Positions 55,374 to 64,000 of a stretch of DNA of 64,000 nucleotides are shown here, in pieces; the first letter of the stretch is position 1, and every line of letters begins with the position of its first letter. The translations under genes and the position numbers were made by a program. Source of the stretch: an uncultured Bacilli bacterium (lineage in GTDB: Bacteria; Bacillota_I; Bacilli_A; ML615J-28; CAG-313); contig CALVCV010000005.1 of assembly GCA_944326155.1 (NCBI GenBank), positions 2,107 through 66,106 on the forward strand, in the 5' to 3' direction. The notes beneath the pieces are model-generated. The model saw nothing but the letters and a program-made list of their open reading frames with translations, did no database searches and was not told where the DNA came from.

Positions 55374-57173
55374 ATGAAGTACGGATTATGGAAGACATTT
55401 ATTACTCAAATAAAAAGGATTAATGAAGCAAAATTGTCAGGTACTTATTTATTATATTTTGTAAACGCAATTGTATCAGGTTTAATTCCTGTAATAAGTG
55501 TTTTTTTTATAAAAATTATTGTTGATGAAATTACGATATCAAATTCAATTGAGCAATTTATTTGGAAAATGTTAATTTTGATTTTATTATCTGCTCTTTG
55601 TTTAGTCTTAAAATCTATTTTTGAAGGAATTCTTGCAGGGAACTTTTTTACCCTTAGACAAAAAGAATTTGAAAGAGTAATCCGTCTATATTATAGTACA
55701 AAATATGATAATATTGAAGATAGTCTTTTTCAAGATACCATGGAAAGCGCTACAAAAGCTGTTGATGGTGATGATAGAGGATTTCAAAAAACTTATACTA
55801 ACTTTAAATTGATTCTCAATTCGTTATTTAGTATTATTTTATTTAGTATTATTTTAGCCAATTTTCATATTGCTTTAGTTTTTGTTTGTTTATTTTCTAC
55901 TATTATTTCAATTATTATTAATAAAAAAATTGCTGATTATCACAAAAAAAGACAAAAAGACTTGGGGCACGCATATAGACAAAAACAATATTATAATCAA
56001 ACCACAAGTGATTTTGCATATGGGAAAGACATTCGTATTTTTTCATTAAAAGAATTTATTATGAAAAAATATCAAGATAAATCACTTTCTTATATTAAGG
56101 TATTAAGTGATTTATTGAATAAAGAATTTAAATATGGCTTATTTGGATTAATTACTTTATTGATTCAAGATAGCGTTGCATATATTTTAGTCATATATAG
56201 TGCAATTCAAAAACAAATTACCTTGTCAGAGGTAACACTATATATTTCATCAATTGTAACCTTTACGACTATTCTTAGAACATTGTCAGACAATATGATT
56301 GATTTAATTAAAAATTTAAAACTTACGATAGGCTATTTTGACTTTTTAGATTCAACAAATTTGGAAGAAAAATTAGCATTTTATAATGCTGATTATCATG
56401 AAGGTGTTAGCATTGAATTTAGAAATGTTTGGTTTAAGTATCCTAATACAGAAAAATATGTGCTTAAGGATTTAAATTTTAAAATTAATGCCAAAGAAAA
56501 GATTGCAATTGTAGGTACAAATGGTGCTGGTAAAACAACAATTGTGAAATTAATATGTGGCTTATTCGAACCAACTAGAGGACAAATTTTTATAAATGGG
56601 ATTGATTTAAAAACTTTGGATAAAAAAGATTATCAAAAACTCATTTCTACAGTTTTTCAAGATTATGATATCTATGCTTTATCTATTTTAGAAAACGTTG
56701 GTGGTATCAAATATGATAGACAAAAAGCTATTAGTTGTATCGAAAATGTAGGATTAAAAGAAACCATTGAAAGTTTACCTAAAGGATATGATACCAATTT
56801 ATTAAAAGTTATTGATGAACAAGGAATAGATTTGTCAGGTGGTCAAAAGCAAAAATTAGCAATTGCTCGTGCATTATATAAAAATGGTGGCATAGTGATT
56901 TTAGATGAACCAACAAGTGCTCTTGATGCTTTGGCCGAAGCGTCCATTTATCAGCAATTTGCAGGTTTAGTTGAAAATAAAACAGCTATTTATATTTCAC
57001 ATCGTCTTTCTTCAACAAAGTTTTGTGATCGTATTTTATTCTTCAATCAAAATGGATTACAAGAAGAAGGTTCACATGAAGATTTAATGAACCAAAAACA
57101 AGAATATTATCACATGTTTATGGTTCAAGGCAAATATTATCAAGAAAGGGAAGATGAAGATGAAAATAATTAA
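55374..57173 (+). CDS. ABC exporter ATP-binding/permease subunit
   Basis: TMD + GTNGAGKTT, LSGGQKQK, DEPT, ISHR; promoter TTGTAA-17-TATAAT at 55319-55347. Confidence 0.92.
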   Translation: MKYGLWKTFITQIKRINEAKLSGTYLLYFVNAIVSGLIPVISVFFIKIIVDEITISNSIEQFIWKMLILILLSALCLVLKSIFEGILAGNFFTLRQKEFERVIRLYYSTKYDNIEDSLFQDTMESATKAVDGDDRGFQKTYTNFKLILNSLFSIILFSIILANFHIALVFVCLFSTIISIIINKKIADYHKKRQKDLGHAYRQKQYYNQTTSDFAYGKDIRIFSLKEFIMKKYQDKSLSYIKVLSDLLNKEFKYGLFGLITLLIQDSVAYILVIYSAIQKQITLSEVTLYISSIVTFTTILRTLSDNMIDLIKNLKLTIGYFDFLDSTNLEEKLAFYNADYHEGVSIEFRNVWFKYPNTEKYVLKDLNFKINAKEKIAIVGTNGAGKTTIVKLICGLFEPTRGQIFINGIDLKTLDKKDYQKLISTVFQDYDIYALSILENVGGIKYDRQKAISCIENVGLKETIESLPKGYDTNLLKVIDEQGIDLSGGQKQKLAIARALYKNGGIVILDEPTSALDALAEASIYQQFAGLVENKTAIYISHRLSSTKFCDRILFFNQNGLQEEGSHEDLMNQKQEYYHMFMVQGKYYQEREDEDENN

Positions 57174-58911
57174 AATGTTATTATCTTTTATTAAATTATC
57201 CTTTAAAGAATATCATACTTATTTTGTTGTCTTGATTTTTAATACGTTAGTTTTGTCAGCGCAGACAATTTTTGCCGCTTATACGCTTAGTTTAATCATT
57301 TCCCTAATTGAGACAAATAACTTTTCTTCTTCTTTAAACTATGCTATTTTAATTGTATTTGTTGAAGTTTTGTTACTTTTCTTAAAACTTTTATGTCAAA
57401 AATTATTATCTAAACATCAAGCCATCATGGAAGTGAAAATTGATCAACTATTGGCACGAAAAATTATGGAGCTTCCTTTTAGTTATTTAGAAGATCCAAA
57501 GTACTTAGAATTAGAAAAGAGTGCTTCTTTTAGTATCAATAATATGGGGGCTATAATTGGCATCTTTAATAGTATTTCAACTCTATTTTCTAATATAATT
57601 ACGTTATTTGGTTTGCTAATTATTATTTTATCTTTTGATTATTTAATTCCACTTATATTATTTGGTGGTACAATCTTAACATGTGTAGTTATTCTTTTAT
57701 CGATGAAATTTCAAATTAAATTTTATCAAAATTTACTACCAATTAATTATAAATATGGATATTATTTTAATACAGTTATTTCACCTGTGAAAATTAAAGA
57801 ATTGAAGATGTATTCAATCTATGAAATTTTATATCAAAATTTTTGTGTCTATGGTAGAACAGTTACAAAAAGTTTTGTGAAATATTATATTAAAACAAGT
57901 TTATTTTATACCTTATCAGTGATTTTAAGATATATCCAGTTAGCAATTGTTTATGCCTTAATGGGCATTAAAACCATTACTGAAAAATTACCAATTTCAC
58001 AGTTTACTTTATTAGCTCAAACGGCGCTTTCTTTTACTACTACCGTTCAAAGTATTGTAGAATCATCAACCAATTTTTTTAGAAATGTTGAATATATTAA
58101 ACCATTTATGGAATTTATGGCTGTTGATACAGACAAAAAAAACCTTGCGACAAAGCTATTACAATCTATAAAGAAAATTGAATTTAAAGATGTAACTTTT
58201 AAATATCCAAATACGGATAAGATTGTTTTAAATCATGTTTCTTTTATATTGTATGATTCAGAAAAAATTTCGATTGTTGGTTTAAATGGTGCTGGTAAAA
58301 CAACAATTGTGAAATTACTCTGTAAATTATATGAACCATGTGAAGGTACGATTTTAGTTAATGATATTCCAATTGATGAATATGAGAATGAATCGTATAT
58401 TAGGCAAATTGGAGCTGTTTTTCAAGATTACAAACTCTTTGCGTATTCCATTAAAGATAATATTGATCCAACTGGTCAAATTGATGTTAAAACAATATGT
58501 AATGATATTGGCATTGGTACTGCTATTGAAGCTCTTCCAAAACAATATAATTCTTTAATTGGAAAATATTATGATGAAAGTGGTGTTGAATTATCTGGTG
58601 GACAATTGCAAAAAATTGCTATAGCAAGAGCTTTAGCAAAAAAGGGAAGTTTATTAATTTTAGATGAACCAACAAGTGCACTAGATCCAATAGCCGAGGC
58701 TGAAATCTATGAGAATTTCAATCATTTATCAAAAGATAAGATGGCTATATATATATCTCATCGGATGTCATCTTCTATTTTTTGTGATAAAATTTTAGTT
58801 TTAGATAATGGTATAATCACCGATTTTGATACCCATAAGAATTTAATGTTAAAAAAAGATTCATTATATTACAAATTATTTATGACTCAGTCTAAAAACT
58901 ATAAATTATAA
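57154..58911 (+). CDS. ABC exporter ATP-binding/permease subunit (heterodimer partner; start may be 57160)
   Basis: TMD + GLNGAGKTT, LSGGQLQK, DEPT, ISHR. Confidence 0.92.
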   Translation: MKMKIIKMLLSFIKLSFKEYHTYFVVLIFNTLVLSAQTIFAAYTLSLIISLIETNNFSSSLNYAILIVFVEVLLLFLKLLCQKLLSKHQAIMEVKIDQLLARKIMELPFSYLEDPKYLELEKSASFSINNMGAIIGIFNSISTLFSNIITLFGLLIIILSFDYLIPLILFGGTILTCVVILLSMKFQIKFYQNLLPINYKYGYYFNTVISPVKIKELKMYSIYEILYQNFCVYGRTVTKSFVKYYIKTSLFYTLSVILRYIQLAIVYALMGIKTITEKLPISQFTLLAQTALSFTTTVQSIVESSTNFFRNVEYIKPFMEFMAVDTDKKNLATKLLQSIKKIEFKDVTFKYPNTDKIVLNHVSFILYDSEKISIVGLNGAGKTTIVKLLCKLYEPCEGTILVNDIPIDEYENESYIRQIGAVFQDYKLFAYSIKDNIDPTGQIDVKTICNDIGIGTAIEALPKQYNSLIGKYYDESGVELSGGQLQKIAIARALAKKGSLLILDEPTSALDPIAEAEIYENFNHLSKDKMAIYISHRMSSSIFCDKILVLDNGIITDFDTHKNLMLKKDSLYYKLFMTQSKNYKL

Positions 58912-58949
58912 AAAAACACCTTGAAATTATTTTTTCAAGGTGTTTTTTT
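58910..58949. terminator. Bidirectional terminator overlapping the convergent gene ends
   Basis: AAAAAAACACCTTGAAA...TTTCAAGGTGTTTTTTT. Confidence 0.8.
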
Positions 58950-59760
58950 CTTTTTGATAAGTATCAATTAAGTCTCTTGCTAAAAGACTTAGTTCAGTGC
59001 TATTTAGGTTCTCATAATCAGTATAATAGAGCGTTTTTAAAATATCAATGTGAACAATTGTTTTTTTCCAAGGAGCATTTTTGTGAATAAAATTGGTATT
59101 GTTTATAGCACATATCGCAATAGGTGATTTGACTTTCATTGCAATTTTAAAAGTTCCAGGATGAAAATTTAAAAGTTGACCTGTTTTGCTTCTTGTACCT
59201 TCGGGACAAACATGAATATAACTATCATTATTTGCAATAAATTCAGAGGCTTTTTTAATTGCTTTGATTGCTTGATGTGCATCCTGACGATCAAGTGCAA
59301 TAAATCCCGCATTGTGAATAAATTTACCAACAATAGGTACTGTTTCATTTTCTTTTTTGGTAATACAAATCATCGGTTGATTCCTAAAGCAATTGATAAA
59401 TAACAAGGGATCATAGTTGGATAAATGATTTGAAATAAATAAAAATTTTTGATTTTTTGGTAGTTTATCAAGGCCACTAATTTGAACCTTTACTTTTGAA
59501 AACTTAACAATTAAATAAATGGTTTGTTTTACAATAAAGTAATAAAATAAATTGGGTTTTCTTTTTTCTTTTTTAATTGATAGACAAAGTGACCATATAT
59601 ATAAAATAATGATATATAACAAAAAATAAAGAACAAAAAAGACAAATATTAAAATAATAGGTACAAAAAATAAATACCAATTAGCATATAAATTGCCAAG
59701 AATATAAACTAAAATCGCGCTAATTATGCTTAAAAGCCAGAAAGTTATATAAAAAATCAT
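58927..59760 (-). CDS. plsC: 1-acyl-sn-glycerol-3-phosphate acyltransferase (PlsC family)
   Basis: NHLSNYD (HX4D), FIALDR, PEGTRS; N-terminal TM segments. Confidence 0.85.
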   Translation of the reverse strand: MIFYITFWLLSIISAILVYILGNLYANWYLFFVPIILIFVFFVLYFLLYIIILYIWSLCLSIKKEKRKPNLFYYFIVKQTIYLIVKFSKVKVQISGLDKLPKNQKFLFISNHLSNYDPLLFINCFRNQPMICITKKENETVPIVGKFIHNAGFIALDRQDAHQAIKAIKKASEFIANNDSYIHVCPEGTRSKTGQLLNFHPGTFKIAMKVKSPIAICAINNTNFIHKNAPWKKTIVHIDILKTLYYTDYENLNSTELSLLARDLIDTYQKEKNTLKK

Positions 59761-59869
59761 ACTATTCTCCTCAGAAAACTTATTTATATTATATCATATT
59801 TTATGATAAAATGCTAAATATATAATTTAATAGTTTAAGTTATACAAAAAGTAAATAGCATAAAAAATT

Positions 59870-59898
59870 TTGACATATCATTTAAAATATGGTATAAT
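59870..59898 (+). promoter_or_regulatory. Consensus SigA promoter of mntP
   Basis: TTGACA-17-TATAAT with extended TG. Confidence 0.8.
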
Positions 59899-59933
59899 CA
59901 TTAAAATTAGTAAGTAAATAAAGGAAGCTTTTT

Positions 59934-60506
59934 ATGGGAATTGTTGAATTAATTTTAATTAGCATTGGCCTTGCAATGGATGCTTTTGCTGTATCTATTT
60001 GTAAGGGTATTAAAATGCCATCGAAAAAATTTTGGCATATTTTAGTGATTGCATTATTCTTTGGTGGATTTCAAATGTTAATGCCTATTATTGGATGGTT
60101 TTTAGGAAGCCGATTTGAGACATATATTACAAACTTTGATCATTGGATTGCCTTTTTACTTCTTTTCATTATTGGTGGAAAGATGATTATTGAATCATTT
60201 AAAAAGGATAATGATGAAAGTGAGGTAACAGAAAAGTTTGATTTAAAAGAAATTTTTATTCTAGCTATTGCAACAAGTATTGATGCTTTAGCAGTGGGCA
60301 TTACTTTTGCTTTTTTAAAAGTTAATATTTTACTTGCAGGTTCATTAATAGGTATTATAACCTGTGCTCTATCAGTAGTAGGAGTGGTAATTGGAAGTTT
60401 AGTTGGTGGCAAGTTTAAAAATAAAGCCGAATTATTAGGAGGTATCATTTTAGTATTAATTGGTTTAAAGATTTTGCTTGAACATTTAGAAGTCATCCAT
60501 TTTTAA
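59934..60506 (+). CDS. mntP: Manganese efflux pump MntP
   Basis: GLAMDAFAVS, FGGFQ..MP, DHWIAF, ATSIDALAVG, AELLGG..L..IG.KIL.EH. Confidence 0.92.
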   Translation: MGIVELILISIGLAMDAFAVSICKGIKMPSKKFWHILVIALFFGGFQMLMPIIGWFLGSRFETYITNFDHWIAFLLLFIIGGKMIIESFKKDNDESEVTEKFDLKEIFILAIATSIDALAVGITFAFLKVNILLAGSLIGIITCALSVVGVVIGSLVGGKFKNKAELLGGIILVLIGLKILLEHLEVIHF

Positions 60507-60572
60507 TCCATTCATAAATGCCTATATTTATTCATATATTTTAATATAAAATAAGATAGGTGTGATAAAAGA

Positions 60573-61709
60573 TTGGATTATAAAAGACAGTTATATAAAG
60601 TCATTAAAGAATATTTTAATCCAAATAAAGTTGTAAGTATTAGACCATATGGTGGAGGCCTAATCAATAGTACATTTCTTGTTGAATTTCCTGATACAAG
60701 GTACATCTTACAAAAAGTAAATGAATATGTATTTGCAAGTCCCATTGGAGTCATGTATAATATCGGTTTAATAACCAATTATATTCGTAAGAAAGTCATT
60801 TATGAGGGTAAGAATTATCGTAATGCTACTCTTACATTAATTCAAACGATTTGTGGTGAAAATTTTGCGATTGTTGATGAAGAATATTGGCGATGTTATA
60901 CTTGTATTGATGGTATTACATATGATAGTACAACCGATATAGAAATTTTTTATGAAGCAGGAAGAGCGGTTGGTCAATTTCAACAGTTATTGGAAGGCTT
61001 CCATACAAGACTTTTAACTGATAATATTAAAAATTTTCACAATACCCCATATCGTTATGAAAAATTTCAAGAAAGTATTAAACTAGATTTAGCAAAACGA
61101 GTGAAAGAATGTCAAGAAGAAATTGCTTTTATAAAAGAAAGAGCAGATAAAATGAATAAGATTACAAAAGCGCTAGAAGAAGAAAAAATTCCCAAGCGTG
61201 TTGTTCATAACGATACCAAATTAAATAATATTATGTTTGCAAAAGGGCAAAAGCATGCCATGTGTTTAATTGATTTGGATACTGTTATGAAAGGATCACT
61301 AGTGTATGATTATGGTGATGCCTTAAGACTTGGGGCATCTAACGCAAAAGAAGATGAAATTGACCTTGCCAAAGTATCAATTAATTTTGACCTTGTCGAG
61401 GCTTTTACCAAAGGTTTTCTAGAAGAAACTAAAGATATTATCAAAGAAGCAGAAATTCAGTTATTATTTGATGGTTACTATATTATAACATTAGAACTAG
61501 GAATGCGATTTTTAACCGATTTTCTTGATGGTGACAAATATTTTGCTTTGACGATTGAACAAAAGAAACATCGCCCTAAAATTAATTTAGAAAGAGCTAA
61601 AAATCAGTTAAAACTTGTCTTAGAAATTGAAAAGAATCAAACTAAATTAAAAAACATTATAAAAGAAACGCTTATTAAGATAGGCTATGAAAGGGAAAAA
61701 AATGAATAA
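60573..61709 (+). CDS. APH-superfamily sugar kinase, N-acetylhexosamine 1-kinase (NahK)-like
   Basis: GGGLINSTF, YILQKVN, FHNTPYRY, RVVHNDTKLNN, IDLDTVM, YDYGD, RFLTDFLDGDKYF, NLERAKNQ. Confidence 0.78.
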   Translation: MDYKRQLYKVIKEYFNPNKVVSIRPYGGGLINSTFLVEFPDTRYILQKVNEYVFASPIGVMYNIGLITNYIRKKVIYEGKNYRNATLTLIQTICGENFAIVDEEYWRCYTCIDGITYDSTTDIEIFYEAGRAVGQFQQLLEGFHTRLLTDNIKNFHNTPYRYEKFQESIKLDLAKRVKECQEEIAFIKERADKMNKITKALEEEKIPKRVVHNDTKLNNIMFAKGQKHAMCLIDLDTVMKGSLVYDYGDALRLGASNAKEDEIDLAKVSINFDLVEAFTKGFLEETKDIIKEAEIQLLFDGYYIITLELGMRFLTDFLDGDKYFALTIEQKKHRPKINLERAKNQLKLVLEIEKNQTKLKNIIKETLIKIGYEREKNE

Positions 61710-62559
61710 AATAAAAAAAGTAGTTATTCCTGTTGCTGGAAAAGGAACAAGATTTTTACCTATTACAAAAACTATTAGTAAAACTTTACTGCCAATTGTT
61801 GATACTCCAGTTATTCAGTATTTATTAGAAGAATCCGTTGCATCAGGCATTAAAGAAGCACTCATTATTATTGGCTATAATCAAAATGATGTAATAAATT
61901 ATTTTAATACCGAAAGTACTTATGTACAAAAATTAAATAAAGATTATGAAGAAATCAAATATATTAAGAAATTAAAAAATCAAATTCGGATTTCTTATGT
62001 TTTCCAAGAAGAAGCAAAAGGTTTAGGAGATGCAGTAAAACATGCCAAAGCTTTTGTTGGTCAAGATGATTTTGCTCTTATTTTAGGAGATGATTTTGTC
62101 TTTTCTGATGGCTTTAAAATCTATGGTATAGGCTCTCTTTGTAAGTTATATGAGAAAATTCCTTCCTACTATTTAGGTGTTCATGAAGTGCCATATGATA
62201 AGACTTTTAAGTATGGAATTGTTGATCCAGAAAGTAGTCTTTCATCTTGTTTTAAAATAAAAAATATTATTGAAAAACCAAAAGATAATCCTCCTTCTAA
62301 TATGGCATGTGTAGGCCGATATATTTTAAAAAATTCAATTTTTTCTTATTTAGAAAAAACAAAAATTGGTGTAGGTGGTGAAATTCAACTTACAGATGCC
62401 TTAGCCTTAGCTTTAGCGAAAGAAACCATATATGCAAGCGAATTTGCGGGGACAAGATATGATGTAGGAAGTAAAATAGGTTATGTTGAAGCAACAATTG
62501 CGGTTGCCAAAAGTCGTAGTGATTTAAAAGAAGAAATAGAACAATATTTAAAACAATAA
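61702..62559 (+). CDS. galU: UTP--glucose-1-phosphate uridylyltransferase
   Basis: VIPVAGKGTRFLP, Q.EAKGLGDA, LGDD, IEKP, VGRY, GGEIQLTDA, RYDVG. Confidence 0.88.
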   Translation: MNKIKKVVIPVAGKGTRFLPITKTISKTLLPIVDTPVIQYLLEESVASGIKEALIIIGYNQNDVINYFNTESTYVQKLNKDYEEIKYIKKLKNQIRISYVFQEEAKGLGDAVKHAKAFVGQDDFALILGDDFVFSDGFKIYGIGSLCKLYEKIPSYYLGVHEVPYDKTFKYGIVDPESSLSSCFKIKNIIEKPKDNPPSNMACVGRYILKNSIFSYLEKTKIGVGGEIQLTDALALALAKETIYASEFAGTRYDVGSKIGYVEATIAVAKSRSDLKEEIEQYLKQ

Positions 62560-62586
62560 ACAGTTTATATATATAAACTGTTTTTT
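62557..62586 (+). terminator. Hairpin terminator after galU
   Basis: AAACAGTTTATA-TA-TATAAACTGTTT followed by more T. Confidence 0.7.
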
Positions 62587-62661
62587 ATTTAGTTTTTATA
62601 TGATATATTTTTTACATTATTTGAATAAGATAGTATAGAATAATTCATCCTAGGAGGATAT

Positions 62662-63480
62662 ATGGAATTTATCAAATATATAATAATAGGACTAGTTCAA
62701 GGGTTAACAGAAGTCCTTCCTATTTCATCTAGCGGTCATTTAAAAATACTTGAAGAAATTTTTGGTGTCAATAAGAATAATCTTGCTTTTGAAATCTTTT
62801 TGCATCTTGCTTCCTTTTTAGCTGTTATGATTTTTATATTTAAACCATTTAGTAAAATGATAAAGGGTAGTTTTTTATATTTATTTAAAAAACAAAAAAC
62901 ATATTTTTTAGAATGGAGAAATTTGCTATATGTTATACTTGCAACTATTCCCATTGTTTTATTTACTATTATTTTAAAGTTATTTGGCTATAAGACAAGT
63001 CCTCTTTATATAGTTGGTATTTGTTTGGTAATAAATGGTATACTCCTTTTTCTATCAAGTAAAAAAAGAGGAAAAAGAAAAAAAGAAGATATGAAAATAA
63101 AAGATGCTTTAGTAATTGGCCTTTTTCAGTGTTTAGGGGTTTTTCCTGGTATTTCTAGAAGTGGAAGTTGTCTATGTGGTGCTTTACAACGCAAAATTAA
63201 TAAAGAAGATGCAGCAAGATTTGCTTTTATGTTATTTGTACCATCTGTAATGGGAGCTCTTTTTTTAGAAGTAAAAGATATCTTTTACCTATTTTCACAA
63301 GATCAAAAACTAATTCCTTGTTATCTTGTTTCATTTTTGGTATCAACTATAGCAACACTTTTTTCTTTTGGGTTTTTATTAAAACTTATTCAAAAGAATA
63401 AACTAGTATATTTTGCAATATATTCTTTTGTTATAGGATTTTTTACCTTTTTTTATAGCAAAATGAATGGATGGATTTAG
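62662..63480 (+). CDS. uppP: Undecaprenyl-diphosphate phosphatase (BacA)
   Basis: VQGLTEVLPISSSGHL and PGISRSG motifs, multi-TM. Confidence 0.93.
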   Translation: MEFIKYIIIGLVQGLTEVLPISSSGHLKILEEIFGVNKNNLAFEIFLHLASFLAVMIFIFKPFSKMIKGSFLYLFKKQKTYFLEWRNLLYVILATIPIVLFTIILKLFGYKTSPLYIVGICLVINGILLFLSSKKRGKRKKEDMKIKDALVIGLFQCLGVFPGISRSGSCLCGALQRKINKEDAARFAFMLFVPSVMGALFLEVKDIFYLFSQDQKLIPCYLVSFLVSTIATLFSFGFLLKLIQKNKLVYFAIYSFVIGFFTFFYSKMNGWI

Positions 63481-63488
63481 GTGATAAT

Positions 63489-64000
63489 ATGAAAAATTGC
63501 AATGCAATTATACTTGCTGGGGGAAAAGGAACAAGAATGGTATCTAAAATTCCAAAATGTGCCTATCCTTTTTTTGGCAAGCCAATGATTACATATATTA
63601 CGAATATGTGTAAAAAAATTTCTATAAAGGATATTTGTGTTGTAGTAGGGTATAAAAAAGAAATTATTAAAAATATTCTTCAAGATGAAGTAGTCTATGC
63701 TTATCAGGAAAAACAATTAGGTACGGCAAATGCTGTTCTTGCTGCAAAGGATTTTTTTAAGCGTCATCAAGATGAGGTTACACTGATAATAGCAGGTGAT
63801 ATGCCACTAGTAGAAAAAGATGTAATTAAAAAGTTAATTCAAAACCATTTTAAAAAAGCATGTGATCTTAGTATCTTAACCACTATCGTTCAAAATCCTT
63901 TTGGATATGGTAGAATTGTAAGACAAAATGGAAAAATTTTAAAAATTGTTGAAGAAAAAGATGCTAGTGATGAGATTAAAAAAATAAATGAAATTAATAC
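63489..64000 (+). CDS. glmU: UDP-N-acetylglucosamine pyrophosphorylase GlmU (5' part, runs off the window; not in the ORF track)
   Basis: MKNCNAIILAGGKGTRMVSKIPK..GKPM..Q.KQLGTANA..GDMPL..P.GYGRIVR..IVEEKDA..INEIN; RBS AGGTGA. Confidence 0.88.
   Translation, partial: MKNCNAIILAGGKGTRMVSKIPKCAYPFFGKPMITYITNMCKKISIKDICVVVGYKKEIIKNILQDEVVYAYQEKQLGTANAVLAAKDFFKRHQDEVTLIIAGDMPLVEKDVIKKLIQNHFKKACDLSILTTIVQNPFGYGRIVRQNGKILKIVEEKDASDEIKKINEIN

Noticed and set aside
55192-58950. tRNA-Arg as integration site for the downstream ABC pair
   Set aside because: No integrase and no duplicated tRNA 3' end found in the window
671-63716. Numerous short antisense or alternate-frame ORFs in the track (e.g. 671-895, 19071-19346, 28834-29223, 53403-53756, 60140-60496, 63477-63716)
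   Set aside because: They lie within well-supported genes, lack RBSs and recognisable motifs, and are shadows of codon bias; 63477-63716 is antisense to glmU
1-64000. CRISPR array, IS element, rRNA or recoded TGA (genetic code 4)
   Set aside because: No regular repeat-spacer array, transposase or rRNA seen; long genes read through with TGG for Trp, and TGA ends a gene at 48301

Overview
Very AT-rich, standard-genetic-code Firmicutes/Bacilli chromosome segment. It mixes Mollicutes-like traits (ClpB without its N-domain, under a CIRCE element) with cell-wall genes (uppP, glmU). (1) Bases 1-6800 are an extremely AT-rich accessory tail: a heterodimeric ABC exporter, a BtrH-like cysteine-peptidase/discoidin protein, an SdpI-like immunity gene and a collapsed prophage scar (sigma-like pseudogene, HK97 portal fragment). 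(2) Two YwaF/TMEM164-like membrane proteins sit divergent from a patatin. (3) The main feature is a ~31 kb single-direction locus (9799-40980) combining oppABCDF, a 2484-aa lactocepin/C5a-peptidase-type S8 protease fused to BspA-type LRRs, and five uncharacterised surface proteins (two paralogous pairs plus one small protein); I propose it as a 'protein-utilisation locus'. (4) Next come an SDR, an orphan trpB, an ECF sigma/anti-sigma/metzincin operon, and a MarR/MacB-type ABC/lipoprotein operon. (5) The end holds clpB, an AlkD-like gene whose reading frame runs into tRNA-Arg(CCT), a second ABC exporter pair, plsC, mntP, a NahK-like kinase, galU, uppP and a partial glmU. All family assignments come from motif recognition by eye; no database search was run.
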